64,000 nt of DNA from Coriobacteriales bacterium (GCA_050943615.1 JBMNPN010000001.1:33825-97824), one strand, 5' to 3'. Counted from the first letter of the stretch, positions 12,742 to 21,379 are shown. The notes: a model not told the origin generated them from the sequence alone. Made by a program: numbers and translations.

Positions 12742-12819
12742 GATGCGCGTACAACGTACGCCTGTGGCCCGGGACGGTATAATCCCTGATGTTCTTTTTT
12801 TCACCGGAAAGGGGCGTCG

Positions 12820-13533
12820 ATGGCAGAAAGCGATTTTGCGAACCTCGATTTCGAGCGCGAGAAGCGCTGCGGGTTTCCCGAGGTGATCTATGCCCAGGGA
12901 AAGGAGCCCGTGCAGGTCGTTGCCATCGCCCGTGCGCTTGTGGAAAAGCACGGCATCGCCCTTGGGACGCGGGCAAAGGACGAGGACTTTGCGGCTCTGC
13001 AGCGCGCCTTCGACGATGTGCAATGCTTCGAGCGCTCCCGTGTCTTCTTTGTCGACCGGCGCGAGAATCCCGTTAGGGGCGAGACGATCGAGGAAGTGCT
13101 CTCTTGCGCAAACCGCGCAGAAGGGCAGGTCGTCGTGGCCTGTGCGGGGACGAGCGACCTTCCCGTGGCCGAGGAGGCGGCGCTCACCGCACGCATCATG
13201 GGCTCCGCCGTCCAGATGATCACCGACGTCGGCGTTGCCGGCGTGCACCGTGTCCTCGCCTATGAAGATGACCTGCGCGCAGCGCACGCCATCGTCGTGG
13301 CCGCGGGAATGGAAGGGGCCCTCGCCTCGCTCATCGGCGGGCTCGTGGACGTCCCTGTGATTGCCGTTCCCACGAGCGTGGGCTACGGTGCGAACTTCGG
13401 CGGCCTTGCGGCGCTGCTCGGCATGCTCAACTCCTGCGCGGGCGGGGTGAGCGTCGTCAATATCGACAACGGCTTTGGTGCCGGCCAGATCGCAGACCGC
13501 ATCAACCGCCCGCCCGAGCGTTTTCGTCAATGA
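12820..13533 (+). CDS. larB: LarB-type (PurE-like) nickel-pincer cofactor biosynthesis protein
   Basis: VVACAGTSDLPVAEEA and AAGMEGALASLIGGLVDVPVIAVPTSVGYG blocks typical of LarB/AIR-carboxylase-like proteins. TATAAT at 12778-12783 upstream. Confidence 0.75.
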   Translation: MAESDFANLDFEREKRCGFPEVIYAQGKEPVQVVAIARALVEKHGIALGTRAKDEDFAALQRAFDDVQCFERSRVFFVDRRENPVRGETIEEVLSCANRAEGQVVVACAGTSDLPVAEEAALTARIMGSAVQMITDVGVAGVHRVLAYEDDLRAAHAIVVAAGMEGALASLIGGLVDVPVIAVPTSVGYGANFGGLAALLGMLNSCAGGVSVVNIDNGFGAGQIADRINRPPERFRQ

Positions 13534-13558
13534 AGGGTTACAGAAAGAGGGAAGGCCC

Positions 13559-14149
13559 ATGTCAAAGAAGCTGCTGTACGTTGATGCGTGCGTGAACCGT
13601 GATACTTCGAGGACGGAAAGGCTCGCACAGGCGCTCCTCAAGCGCCTCCTTGAAACGGGCGACTACGAACTCGAGACGCTCGTTCTGGAAGACGTGGACG
13701 TCGAGCCGCTCGACGGGACGCGCCTCAACCGTCGCACGGCGGCAGTCGAGGCATCGGACTTCGGCGACCCGATTTTCGATTACGCAAAGCAGTTCGCCGC
13801 GGTAGACGAGGTCCTCATCGCCGCGCCCTACTGGGACTTCTCGTTTCCCGCAAAGCTCAAGGCCTACTTCGAGCTCCTCTGCGCGCAGGGCGTGACCTTC
13901 TACTACTCGCCCGAGGGCATCCCGACCGGGCTCTGCAAGGCAAAGCGCGTCTGGTACGTGACCACAGTCGGCGGCTATGCGGGCGAATACGATTACGGCC
14001 TGATGCAGGTCGAGGCGCTCTGCAAGCTCTACTTTGGCATCGACGACGTCAGGAGCTTTCGGGCCGAGGGGCTCGACATCATCACCAACGACGCCGACGC
14101 GATCATGGCAGAAGCGCTCGACGTGATCGCCAAGGCGGATCTGTCCTAG
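13559..14149 (+). CDS. flavodoxin-like fold NAD(P)H oxidoreductase (AzoR/ACP phosphodiesterase-like)
   Basis: MSKKLLYVDACVN...IAAPYWDFSFPAKLKAYF pattern; ATG 13559 after AGAGGGAAGG. Confidence 0.7.
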   Translation: MSKKLLYVDACVNRDTSRTERLAQALLKRLLETGDYELETLVLEDVDVEPLDGTRLNRRTAAVEASDFGDPIFDYAKQFAAVDEVLIAAPYWDFSFPAKLKAYFELLCAQGVTFYYSPEGIPTGLCKAKRVWYVTTVGGYAGEYDYGLMQVEALCKLYFGIDDVRSFRAEGLDIITNDADAIMAEALDVIAKADLS

Positions 14150-15198
14150 AGCCCGAAGAGGCGCTGGGCGTTCCCGCCGAGGATGAGGTCCTTGTCGGTC
14201 TCGGGGATATCGAGCGTCTCGATGGCCTCGACATCGGCGCGTCCATCGAAGACGGGAATCATCGTCCCGAAGACGAAATGGTCGGCACCGCACACGTCGA
14301 CGGCGCACTCGAGCTGGCGTTTTCCCCACGTGCCGGGATGGGTGATCTCGAAGAAGAGGTTGTTCTTCACGTAACGCTCGATGCGGTCTGCTGCCGAGGC
14401 GTCGAGGCGCTTGGTCTCTTCCGTCTGCCCGGCGCGCACGCGCGGGCGCAGCAGGCCGTCGAAGGCGAACCAGGCGCCGCCCATGAACCCGTGCACGAAC
14501 TTGAGGTTGGGGAAGTCCTCGAAGATGCCGCTGTAGAGCTCGAGGCTCACGGCCGTGATGGCGTCTATCTCGCGTCCAAGCTCGCGGCGGACGTTGTTGT
14601 ACTTGGTGATGGAGGCGTAGTCGACGGGCAGGGGCACGTTTCGCACCGCGACGGGAACGTTCTCGTCGTTGAGCACCTTGAGGAGCGGCCGGAACGCCTC
14701 GTTGTCCAGGTACCACTTTCCGTAATGTGCAGAGAGCTGCATGCCGCAAAATCCGAGCTCCTTGATGCAGCGCTCGAGTTCGTGAAGGCTCGCGCGGTCG
14801 CCCCAGGGCGGCACCGTTCCCATGGCGACGATGCGCCCGTTCGACTTCTCCACAAACTTGGCGTAGGCGTCGTTTGCCATCTCGCAGAGGTCCTGCGTCA
14901 TCCACTCGCCCCAGACGGGGATGCGGATGATGGCCTTCTCGATGCCGCAGGTGTCCATGGCGGCAAGCGTCGCCTCCAGGCTGTACTCGCCTTCCACGAG
15001 CGCGGCATTGCCAAAGCCGTCGGGTTGCTCGAGGGAGATCTGCCGGCGTCCGTCTTTCAGGGTGTTGACGTGCACGTGCGGACCGCCGTTTGCGGTCGGC
15101 ACGCAGCCGATCCACTTGTCGAAGGTGTCCGGGTCTGAAAATACCCGGTCGGGGACCTTGTCCATTGCCGTGTCGATGATGAGACGTTTGGAACTCAT
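14146..15198 (-). CDS. Amidohydrolase_2 (ACMSD/LigW-type) family protein with substituted metal ligands
   Basis: C-terminal signature GADHFVFGTMIPV...LILGGNAQRLFGL and a TIM-barrel-like pattern. ATG 15198 is 6 nt after AGAGGTG (track GTG 15207 is an alternative). Confidence 0.7.
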   Translation of the reverse strand: MSSKRLIIDTAMDKVPDRVFSDPDTFDKWIGCVPTANGGPHVHVNTLKDGRRQISLEQPDGFGNAALVEGEYSLEATLAAMDTCGIEKAIIRIPVWGEWMTQDLCEMANDAYAKFVEKSNGRIVAMGTVPPWGDRASLHELERCIKELGFCGMQLSAHYGKWYLDNEAFRPLLKVLNDENVPVAVRNVPLPVDYASITKYNNVRRELGREIDAITAVSLELYSGIFEDFPNLKFVHGFMGGAWFAFDGLLRPRVRAGQTEETKRLDASAADRIERYVKNNLFFEITHPGTWGKRQLECAVDVCGADHFVFGTMIPVFDGRADVEAIETLDIPETDKDLILGGNAQRLFGL

Positions 15199-15667
15199 GA
15201 AAACCACCTCTTACAAAAACGCCAGCTTAGAGGCTGAGTTCATGCAGCTGGGTTTGGCAAGACAGCTTGCGCCTCCCTTTACGTCGAGTATATCCCCGCG
15301 TGCGCCTTCGAGGTAAGCGGGCAGGGGGTTCGCCACGGGAGCGTCTTCTTTGGCGGATGCTATTGGCATCATCGGTTATTCGAAAAACATATAAATCAAT
15401 GGGTACAATTCTTGCTGATGAACCCCTCAGGTTGGGGACAGTTTGCAGCTCGGGATTCCCGACTCGTACGCGTTGTATGAGTATTTTCCCGTAACGAATT
15501 GTCGACGTTTCCTGTTTAATACCCCCCTGATGAGGTCTTTTCGCACGATGGGGTGCATAATCTGAGGCAGTGCGGGGCATCTACGTTTGTAGAACTCTCT
15601 CGGACAGTTTGTTTTACATGATCGGGCTACCCTAGGCCAGTGGCTCGAATCTCGTTCCCGCACATGT

Positions 15668-15711
15668 GCGCCCCGTAGGTCTCCCTCTTTCCTACGGGGC
15701 GTTTTCTATTT
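15668..15711 (+). terminator. orphan intrinsic terminator (no upstream plus-strand CDS)
   Basis: Stem GCGCCCCGTAGG/CCTACGGGGCGT, 11-nt loop, then TTTTCTATTT. Confidence 0.6.
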
Positions 15712-15750
15712 CCGCGCGCCAATCTCCCCGTGCGCTAGCCATTAGGTTTG

Positions 15751-15818
15751 CGAAAACGGACATCTGCAGAGAAAAAGTGCTCGAATCGCAGTTTTTTCGC
15801 TGCAGATGTCCGTTTTCG
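15751..15818. repeat. perfect 19-bp inverted repeat with 30-nt spacer upstream of rfbG
   Basis: CGAAAACGGACATCTGCAG (15751-15769) and its exact reverse complement CTGCAGATGTCCGTTTTCG (15800-15818). No U-tract on either side. Confidence 0.8.
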
Positions 15819-15892
15819 AAATCTGCTCGGGGGCGAGCTCGTGTGGGATAATGCGGTCGTTTAGTTGCAGCGACGTGGGTTGGAGTCATGCG

Positions 15893-16963
15893 ATGGGTTC
15901 TGCTTGGAAGTCCGGATTGCTCGATTCGTATCGCGGAAAGCGGGTGCTCGTCACGGGGCACACGGGCTTCAAGGGAAGCTGGCTTTCTTTGATTCTCGCC
16001 CATGCCGGAGCGCAGGTGACCGGGTACGCGCTCGAGGAACCGACCGACCCGAGCCTCTTCGAACTCGCCCGTATCGACGAGCTTGTCGACTCACGTACCG
16101 GCGATATCCGCGACTTCGACAAGCTCGCGTCCGTCTTTGCCGAAGCGAGACCCGAATACGTCTTTCACCTGGCCGCCCAGCCCATCGTGCGCATCGGCTA
16201 CGACGAGCCGCGCCGCACCTTCGAGACCAACGTCATGGGCACGGTCAACGTACTCGAGTGCGTGCGAAGGTCGCAGGGCGTGCGCTCGGTGCTCAACGTC
16301 ACCACTGACAAGGTCTATCTCAACGCCGACGAACCCGATCACGCGTTCACGGAAGACGAGCCGCTCGACGGTTTCGATCCCTACAGTAACTCCAAGTCCT
16401 GCTCGGAGCTCGTGACGCATTCCTATGCGAAGAGCTTCTCCTTGCCGCCCGTCTCCACGGCGCGTGCGGGAAACGTCATCGGCGGCGGGGACTTTGCTCC
16501 GGAACGCCTCGTGCCCGATTGCGTGCGCGCTACGCTTGCGGGGCGTCCCATCGGGGTGCGCAACCCCGCCTCCACGCGACCGTTCCAGCACGTGCTCGAG
16601 CCGCTCGGCGCCTACCTGCTCATCGCCGCCCGCCAAGGGGAGCGCCCCGAGCTTGCCGGTGCCTACAACGTGGGACCCGACCACAGGGATGCCGTCACGG
16701 CGCAGCGCCTCGTAGAACTCTGGTGCACGCTCTGGGGCGAGGGGGCAGACTGGGCCGATGCGAGCAATCCGGATGACCCCAAGCACGAGGCCGCCTTTCT
16801 CGAGCTCGACAACTCCAAGCTCAAGGACAGCTTCGGCTGGTCTGCAACCTGGGGCATCGACCAGGCGCTCGAAAGAACCGTCAGCTGGACGAAGGACTGG
16901 GCGGCGGGCGCTGACCCGCGGATGAGCATGCTCTCTCAGATTGAGGAGTTCTTCGCATCTTGA
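15893..16963 (+). CDS. rfbG: CDP-glucose 4,6-dehydratase
   Basis: KRVLVTGHTGFKGSWL Rossmann motif, YSNSK catalytic motif. ATG 15893 is 7 nt after GGAG; track start 15806 lies inside the inverted repeat. Confidence 0.9.
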   Translation: MGSAWKSGLLDSYRGKRVLVTGHTGFKGSWLSLILAHAGAQVTGYALEEPTDPSLFELARIDELVDSRTGDIRDFDKLASVFAEARPEYVFHLAAQPIVRIGYDEPRRTFETNVMGTVNVLECVRRSQGVRSVLNVTTDKVYLNADEPDHAFTEDEPLDGFDPYSNSKSCSELVTHSYAKSFSLPPVSTARAGNVIGGGDFAPERLVPDCVRATLAGRPIGVRNPASTRPFQHVLEPLGAYLLIAARQGERPELAGAYNVGPDHRDAVTAQRLVELWCTLWGEGADWADASNPDDPKHEAAFLELDNSKLKDSFGWSATWGIDQALERTVSWTKDWAAGADPRMSMLSQIEEFFAS

Positions 16964-17006
16964 AGCGGGGTTTTCGCGGTCTATAATCCTCGAACAGGAT
17001 CTTTCG

Positions 17007-17039
17007 AAGGCGCGCGATTTTCGCGGCGCCTTTTATTTG
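17007..17039 (+). terminator. weak hairpin plus T-run between rfbG and rfbH (possible attenuator)
   Basis: AAGGCGCGCGA-TTTT-CGCGGCGCCTT with one bulge, followed by TTTTATTT. Confidence 0.35.
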
Positions 17040-17067
17040 TCTGCATTGAAAAGCAAGGAGCGAGGAC

Positions 17068-18438
17068 ATGTTCGAGGGCATGAGCGAGACGGAGGCGCGC
17101 GCACAGATCTTGGAGGTGGTCGGCGCCTATTGCGACCGCTTCCACAACCAGCAGCCCGCTTGGCGCGAGGGCGATCGCATCAACTATGCGGGGCGCGTGT
17201 ACGACCGAGACGAGATGGTCAACCTGGTCGATGCCTCCCTCGAGTTCTGGCTCACGAGCGGGGAGTGGACCAGGCGCTTCGAAGAGGGGCTTGGCAGCTA
17301 CCTCGGGCTTCCCTTCGTGAGCTTCGTGAATTCGGGAAGCTCCGCGAACCTCCTTGCCTTCCAGGCGCTCACGAGCCCGCTTCTGGGCGAGCGCGCCATC
17401 AGGCCGGGAGACGAGGTCATAACGGTCGCCGCGGGCTTTCCCACGACGGTCTCGCCGCTCGTCAACTTCGGTGCCGTCCCCGTGTTCGTGGACGTCGAGA
17501 TCCCGAGCTACAACGTCGACGTCTCCCAGCTCGAGGCGGCGCTCTCCGAAAAGACCAGGGCCGTCATGCTCGCCCACACGCTCGGCAACCCCTTTGACGT
17601 CAAGGCCCTTCGCGCGTTTTGCGATGATCATGGCCTGTGGCTCGTCGAGGACAACTGCGATGCGCTGGGAAGCACCTACACGCTCGATGGTGAAAAGCGC
17701 CTTACCGGCACCTTCGGCGACATCGCGACGAGCAGCTTCTATCCGCCGCACCACATGACCACCGGCGAGGGCGGCGCCGTCTACACCGCAAACCCTGAGC
17801 TGCACAAGATCGTGCGCTCGCTGCGCGATTGGGGGCGCGACTGCAGCTGCCCGAGCGGGCATGACAACAGCTGCGGACACCGCTGGGACGGCCAGTACGG
17901 AATTCTCCCGAAAGGCTACGACCACAAGTACGTCTACTCCCACTTTGGCTACAACCTCAAGGCGACCGACCTACAGGCCGCCATCGGCTGCGCGCAGCTC
18001 GAGAAGCTCCCGTCCTTTACCGCGGCGCGCAAGCGCAACTGGGCGCATCTGCGCGCCGCGCTCGACGGCCTCTCCGACCGCCTCGTGCTGCCCGAGCCCG
18101 AACAGGATTCCGACCCGAGCTGGTTCGGCTTCTGCATTACCGCCGCCGAGGGCGCACCGGATGCCATGACGATCACGCGCCGTCTCGAGCAGCGCGGCAT
18201 CCAGACGCGCCGCCTGTTCGCCGGCAACCTCGTCAAGCATCCCTGCTTCGATGCGCTGCGCGCGGCAGGAGAGGGCTATCGCATTATCGACCCGGCGACG
18301 CAGGAGAGCTGCCTGAACGCAGACGTCCTCGCGCAGACCGAGAGGATCATGGAGAACACGTTCTGGGTCGGGGTCTACCCGGGCATGACCGACGACAAGC
18401 TCGATTTCATGGCACGCGCTATCAGAGAGGCGCTGTAG
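17068..18438 (+). CDS. rfbH: CDP-6-deoxy-L-threo-D-glycero-4-hexulose-3-dehydrase (E1, RfbH/DdhC-type, DegT family)
   Basis: DegT/DnrJ-type fold (GDEVITVAAGFPTT, FYPPHHMTTGEGG) plus the C-x-C-x7-C motif (CSCPSGHDNSC) characteristic of the Fe-S-containing E1 dehydrase. Confidence 0.85.
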   Translation: MFEGMSETEARAQILEVVGAYCDRFHNQQPAWREGDRINYAGRVYDRDEMVNLVDASLEFWLTSGEWTRRFEEGLGSYLGLPFVSFVNSGSSANLLAFQALTSPLLGERAIRPGDEVITVAAGFPTTVSPLVNFGAVPVFVDVEIPSYNVDVSQLEAALSEKTRAVMLAHTLGNPFDVKALRAFCDDHGLWLVEDNCDALGSTYTLDGEKRLTGTFGDIATSSFYPPHHMTTGEGGAVYTANPELHKIVRSLRDWGRDCSCPSGHDNSCGHRWDGQYGILPKGYDHKYVYSHFGYNLKATDLQAAIGCAQLEKLPSFTAARKRNWAHLRAALDGLSDRLVLPEPEQDSDPSWFGFCITAAEGAPDAMTITRRLEQRGIQTRRLFAGNLVKHPCFDALRAAGEGYRIIDPATQESCLNADVLAQTERIMENTFWVGVYPGMTDDKLDFMARAIREAL

Positions 18439-18467
18439 GCGCGGCGCTTTGCGCTACGCTGTAGGAA

Positions 18468-20351
18468 ATGAAGCAGTTCTTGAGGACATATTTCTTCGCG
18501 GTCGTGTTCTTCGCACTCATGGTGTTCCGCCTCTTTCTGGGTGTGGGCATGCCGCTTTGCGTGCACGCGCAGGCAAGCTATGACGATGTCTGGGCGCTGA
18601 ACGCCGCCGACAGCATCGAAAGCGGCCAGTGGCTCGGCTCCTACAGCGATGTCGCCCTTGTGAAGAGTGTCGGCTTTCCGCTCTTCCTCGCCTTCACGCA
18701 CGTCGACTTCTTTGGCTACACGCTCGTGCTGACGCTGCTCTGGATTCTGGCATCGGTCTTTTTCGTCTGTGCCGTGCGCCCGCTCTTTCGGGGGCGCTGG
18801 GTCTTCATGCTCGCCTTTGCCCTGCTGCTCTTCTGCCCGGTCAGCTTTGCGACGGACACCTTCATGCGGGTCTATCGCAACAGCATCACGGCAGCCCAGG
18901 TGCTCATCGTCTTCGGCGGCTTCCTGGGCATGTACGTGCGCGTGAAGGGCCTGAGGACGCCCGACCCCTTGCGCCTTTCGGGAAAGCCGCTCCTCCACTC
19001 GCTGCACTCGGTCTGGCTGCGCATGCTTCCCTGGGGAATCGGCGCGGCGCTCGGTCTTGCGTGGTTCAGCGTGACGCGCGAGGACAGCCTGTGGGTCTGG
19101 CCGTTCGCACTCGTCGCCATGGTGGTGCTGTGCGTGTGCGTCGTTCGCCGTCGTTTCATTGAAAAGCACCTCATGCCGGACGGGCCGTATGATTCGACGG
19201 CTCTGGAGCACCGCTATCCAGCCGGCTTCTTGAGCCGCATCGGGACCGTCGCTGCCCTCATCGTGGCGATCTCCCCGCTTCTTGCGACGGGCATCACCGT
19301 CGGCGTCATCAGCTCGGTCAACCAGGCAAATTACGGCGTTTCCACGGTGGCAGAGATCAACTCGGGAAACTTCTCGCGCCTCGTGCGCGACCTGTATGCC
19401 ATCGCACCCGATGAAGAGCAGGAAAACCAGCGTGTCGCCTGCTCTCACGAAAGCCTCGTGCAGGCTTGCGAGCAGAGCCCGACGCTGCAATCGATTTCGT
19501 CGTATCTGGAGCGCGAGTTCTACAGCTGGGGCGATCGGATTGACGGAGACCCCGGGGACGGCCAGGTGAACGGCGGGGAGTTTCCCTGGGTCATCAGGCG
19601 CGCGGCAAATGACGCGGGCTGGTTCTCCTCTGCCACGGAGGCTGATGAGCAGTTCGGGAAAGCGGCCGACGAGCTCGAGGCCGCGTTCTCGTCAGGCGCC
19701 CTTGCGCAACGCGGCACTTGGCCCTCTTCGCTCATGACTCCCTGGGATAATCGATACGCCGGAGATTTCTGCGGCGCGCTTGCTGAGACGCTCTGGCAGA
19801 TGGCCTCGTATGCGGACGTGACCTGCGACCCCTATCCCGCTCAGGGAAGCGACGAGGGCATCTCGTACTTCGAGCAGCGCACCGATGATGTCGCCTACGA
19901 GCAGGGTGGCCCCACGCCCATCTGCTGCACGGTCGGGACGGGCATCATCTGGATCTACCGCATCCTGGGACCGGTCATCGCAGTTGTCGGCCTCATCTGC
20001 TTCATCCGGCTGATCATGCGAGCGATTCAGGCCCGCCGCCAGGCGCGGAAGGCCGAAGCCGGAGGGCGTGATTCAGCGTGCTTCATGCGCTGGTATCTTG
20101 GACCGCTCGTGCTGATGCTGTTCGGCATCGGGCTTTCCGTGGTCTGCCTTGCCTGCGGGCTTGCCTACACGCGCGTCTCGTCTTTCGTGCCGATCAGCTT
20201 CTATTATTACGGGAGTGGGGGCTACCCGCTCGTGCTCGCGTTCTGCTGTCTTGCCTTTGCGGGTATTGGGCGCGCCGGCTGGAACTATTCGAAAGACCGA
20301 CTCGAGCACAGTGACGAGAAGGACCGACAGCGGGAGGGCGAGGCCGAATGA
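18468..20351 (+). CDS. large polytopic membrane protein, possible GT-C-like glycosyltransferase/polymerase
   Basis: Many N-terminal TMs, YDD in the first predicted external loop, a central soluble segment of roughly 180 aa, three C-terminal TMs. Stop overlaps the next start (ATGA). Confidence 0.55.
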   Translation: MKQFLRTYFFAVVFFALMVFRLFLGVGMPLCVHAQASYDDVWALNAADSIESGQWLGSYSDVALVKSVGFPLFLAFTHVDFFGYTLVLTLLWILASVFFVCAVRPLFRGRWVFMLAFALLLFCPVSFATDTFMRVYRNSITAAQVLIVFGGFLGMYVRVKGLRTPDPLRLSGKPLLHSLHSVWLRMLPWGIGAALGLAWFSVTREDSLWVWPFALVAMVVLCVCVVRRRFIEKHLMPDGPYDSTALEHRYPAGFLSRIGTVAALIVAISPLLATGITVGVISSVNQANYGVSTVAEINSGNFSRLVRDLYAIAPDEEQENQRVACSHESLVQACEQSPTLQSISSYLEREFYSWGDRIDGDPGDGQVNGGEFPWVIRRAANDAGWFSSATEADEQFGKAADELEAAFSSGALAQRGTWPSSLMTPWDNRYAGDFCGALAETLWQMASYADVTCDPYPAQGSDEGISYFEQRTDDVAYEQGGPTPICCTVGTGIIWIYRILGPVIAVVGLICFIRLIMRAIQARRQARKAEAGGRDSACFMRWYLGPLVLMLFGIGLSVVCLACGLAYTRVSSFVPISFYYYGSGGYPLVLAFCCLAFAGIGRAGWNYSKDRLEHSDEKDRQREGEAE

Positions 20352-21304
20352 GCAACAGGCCACGTGTCCTCGTGCTGATGACGACCTACAACGGGCAGGC
20401 GTTCGTGCACGACCAGCTCAAGAGCATATTCAACCAGCGGGGCGTGGACGTCACGCTGCGGGTCTGCGATGACTGCTCCACGGACAACACCTTCCGCATC
20501 CTCGAGACCTGGGCTGCAAAGCATGACAACATGCAGGTTCTCAGGAACTCCGAGAACAAAGGCGTCGTGCGCAACGTGATGGACCTCGTCTACTCGGCCC
20601 CGGCGGATGAGTACGACTTCTTCGCCATCGCCGACCAGGACGACGTGTGGCATCCCAACAAGCTGCTCGAGGCGAGCCGGCGCATCTTCTCGAACACCTC
20701 GCGCCCCGAGCTCTACTACGCCGATGTTCGCAACATCGATGAGCGCGGCAGGACGATCGGCTTCGAGTACCGCCCCTACAAGGTGTGCGCCGAACATCCC
20801 GCGAGCCTGCTGCTTGTGCAGAACTGGTGCCTGGGCTGCACGCTTCTCATGAACGGCGCGCTGGTGAAGCTCCTGCGCCAGCATCCGGTCTACGACTTCG
20901 GCCGCATGTACGATGCCTGGATTCACGCCGTGGCGCTTTTCTGCGGTGGCTTTGTCTATCCCGACCTCGACCATCACTACGTGAACCGCCGCATCACCGG
21001 GCACAACACGGTGGGCATCATGAACGAGGAGCGCAGCACGGGCTATCTTGTGAAGAAGGGGACGCACTGGCTGTTTCTGGGCGAGCCCGAGGTGTCCAAG
21101 AAGCACACCGAGTTCGCGGCGGCACTGCTGCGCGAGTACAAGGACGACATGCTGCCCGAGACGGCGCGCCTGGTCGAGGACGTCGCCCTGCGGCAGGTCT
21201 CCTTCAAGTCGCGGTGGCGGCTGTTCAGGCGCAAGGACATCGTCATGCCCACCAAGACCAGGACCCGCTGGTTGCGCTGGATGGTGCTTCTCAAGCGGTT
21301 CTAG
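20348..21304 (+). CDS. glycosyltransferase family 2
   Basis: VLVLMTTYNG, CDDCSTDNT, ADQDDVW motifs. Confidence 0.85.
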   Translation: MSNRPRVLVLMTTYNGQAFVHDQLKSIFNQRGVDVTLRVCDDCSTDNTFRILETWAAKHDNMQVLRNSENKGVVRNVMDLVYSAPADEYDFFAIADQDDVWHPNKLLEASRRIFSNTSRPELYYADVRNIDERGRTIGFEYRPYKVCAEHPASLLLVQNWCLGCTLLMNGALVKLLRQHPVYDFGRMYDAWIHAVALFCGGFVYPDLDHHYVNRRITGHNTVGIMNEERSTGYLVKKGTHWLFLGEPEVSKKHTEFAAALLREYKDDMLPETARLVEDVALRQVSFKSRWRLFRRKDIVMPTKTRTRWLRWMVLLKRF

Positions 21305-21310
21305 GGAAGT

Positions 21311-21379
21311 GCATATATGCAGGTCATCGGGCCAAAGTGGGGACTCTCTTTGGCTTTCTATCTGCATATCCGCAGGTCA
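21311..21379 (+). repeat. two copies of a 16-nt direct repeat in an intra-locus gap
   Basis: GCATATATGCAGGTCA (21311-21326) and GCATATCCGCAGGTCA (21364-21379), 14/16 identical, starts 53 bp apart. Confidence 0.6.

Noticed and set aside
11185-13641. 818-aa minus-strand ORF
   Set aside because: It is antisense to the MFS, larB and azoreductase-like genes. It is extremely Arg/His/Asp/Glu-rich with no domain signature, so it is a GC artefact.
15227-15663. Small ORFs (75-117 aa) in the AT-rich intergenic region upstream of rfbG
   Set aside because: They have no SD, are basic and low complexity, and overlap one another on both strands. The region is better explained as promoter/leader or sRNA sequence.
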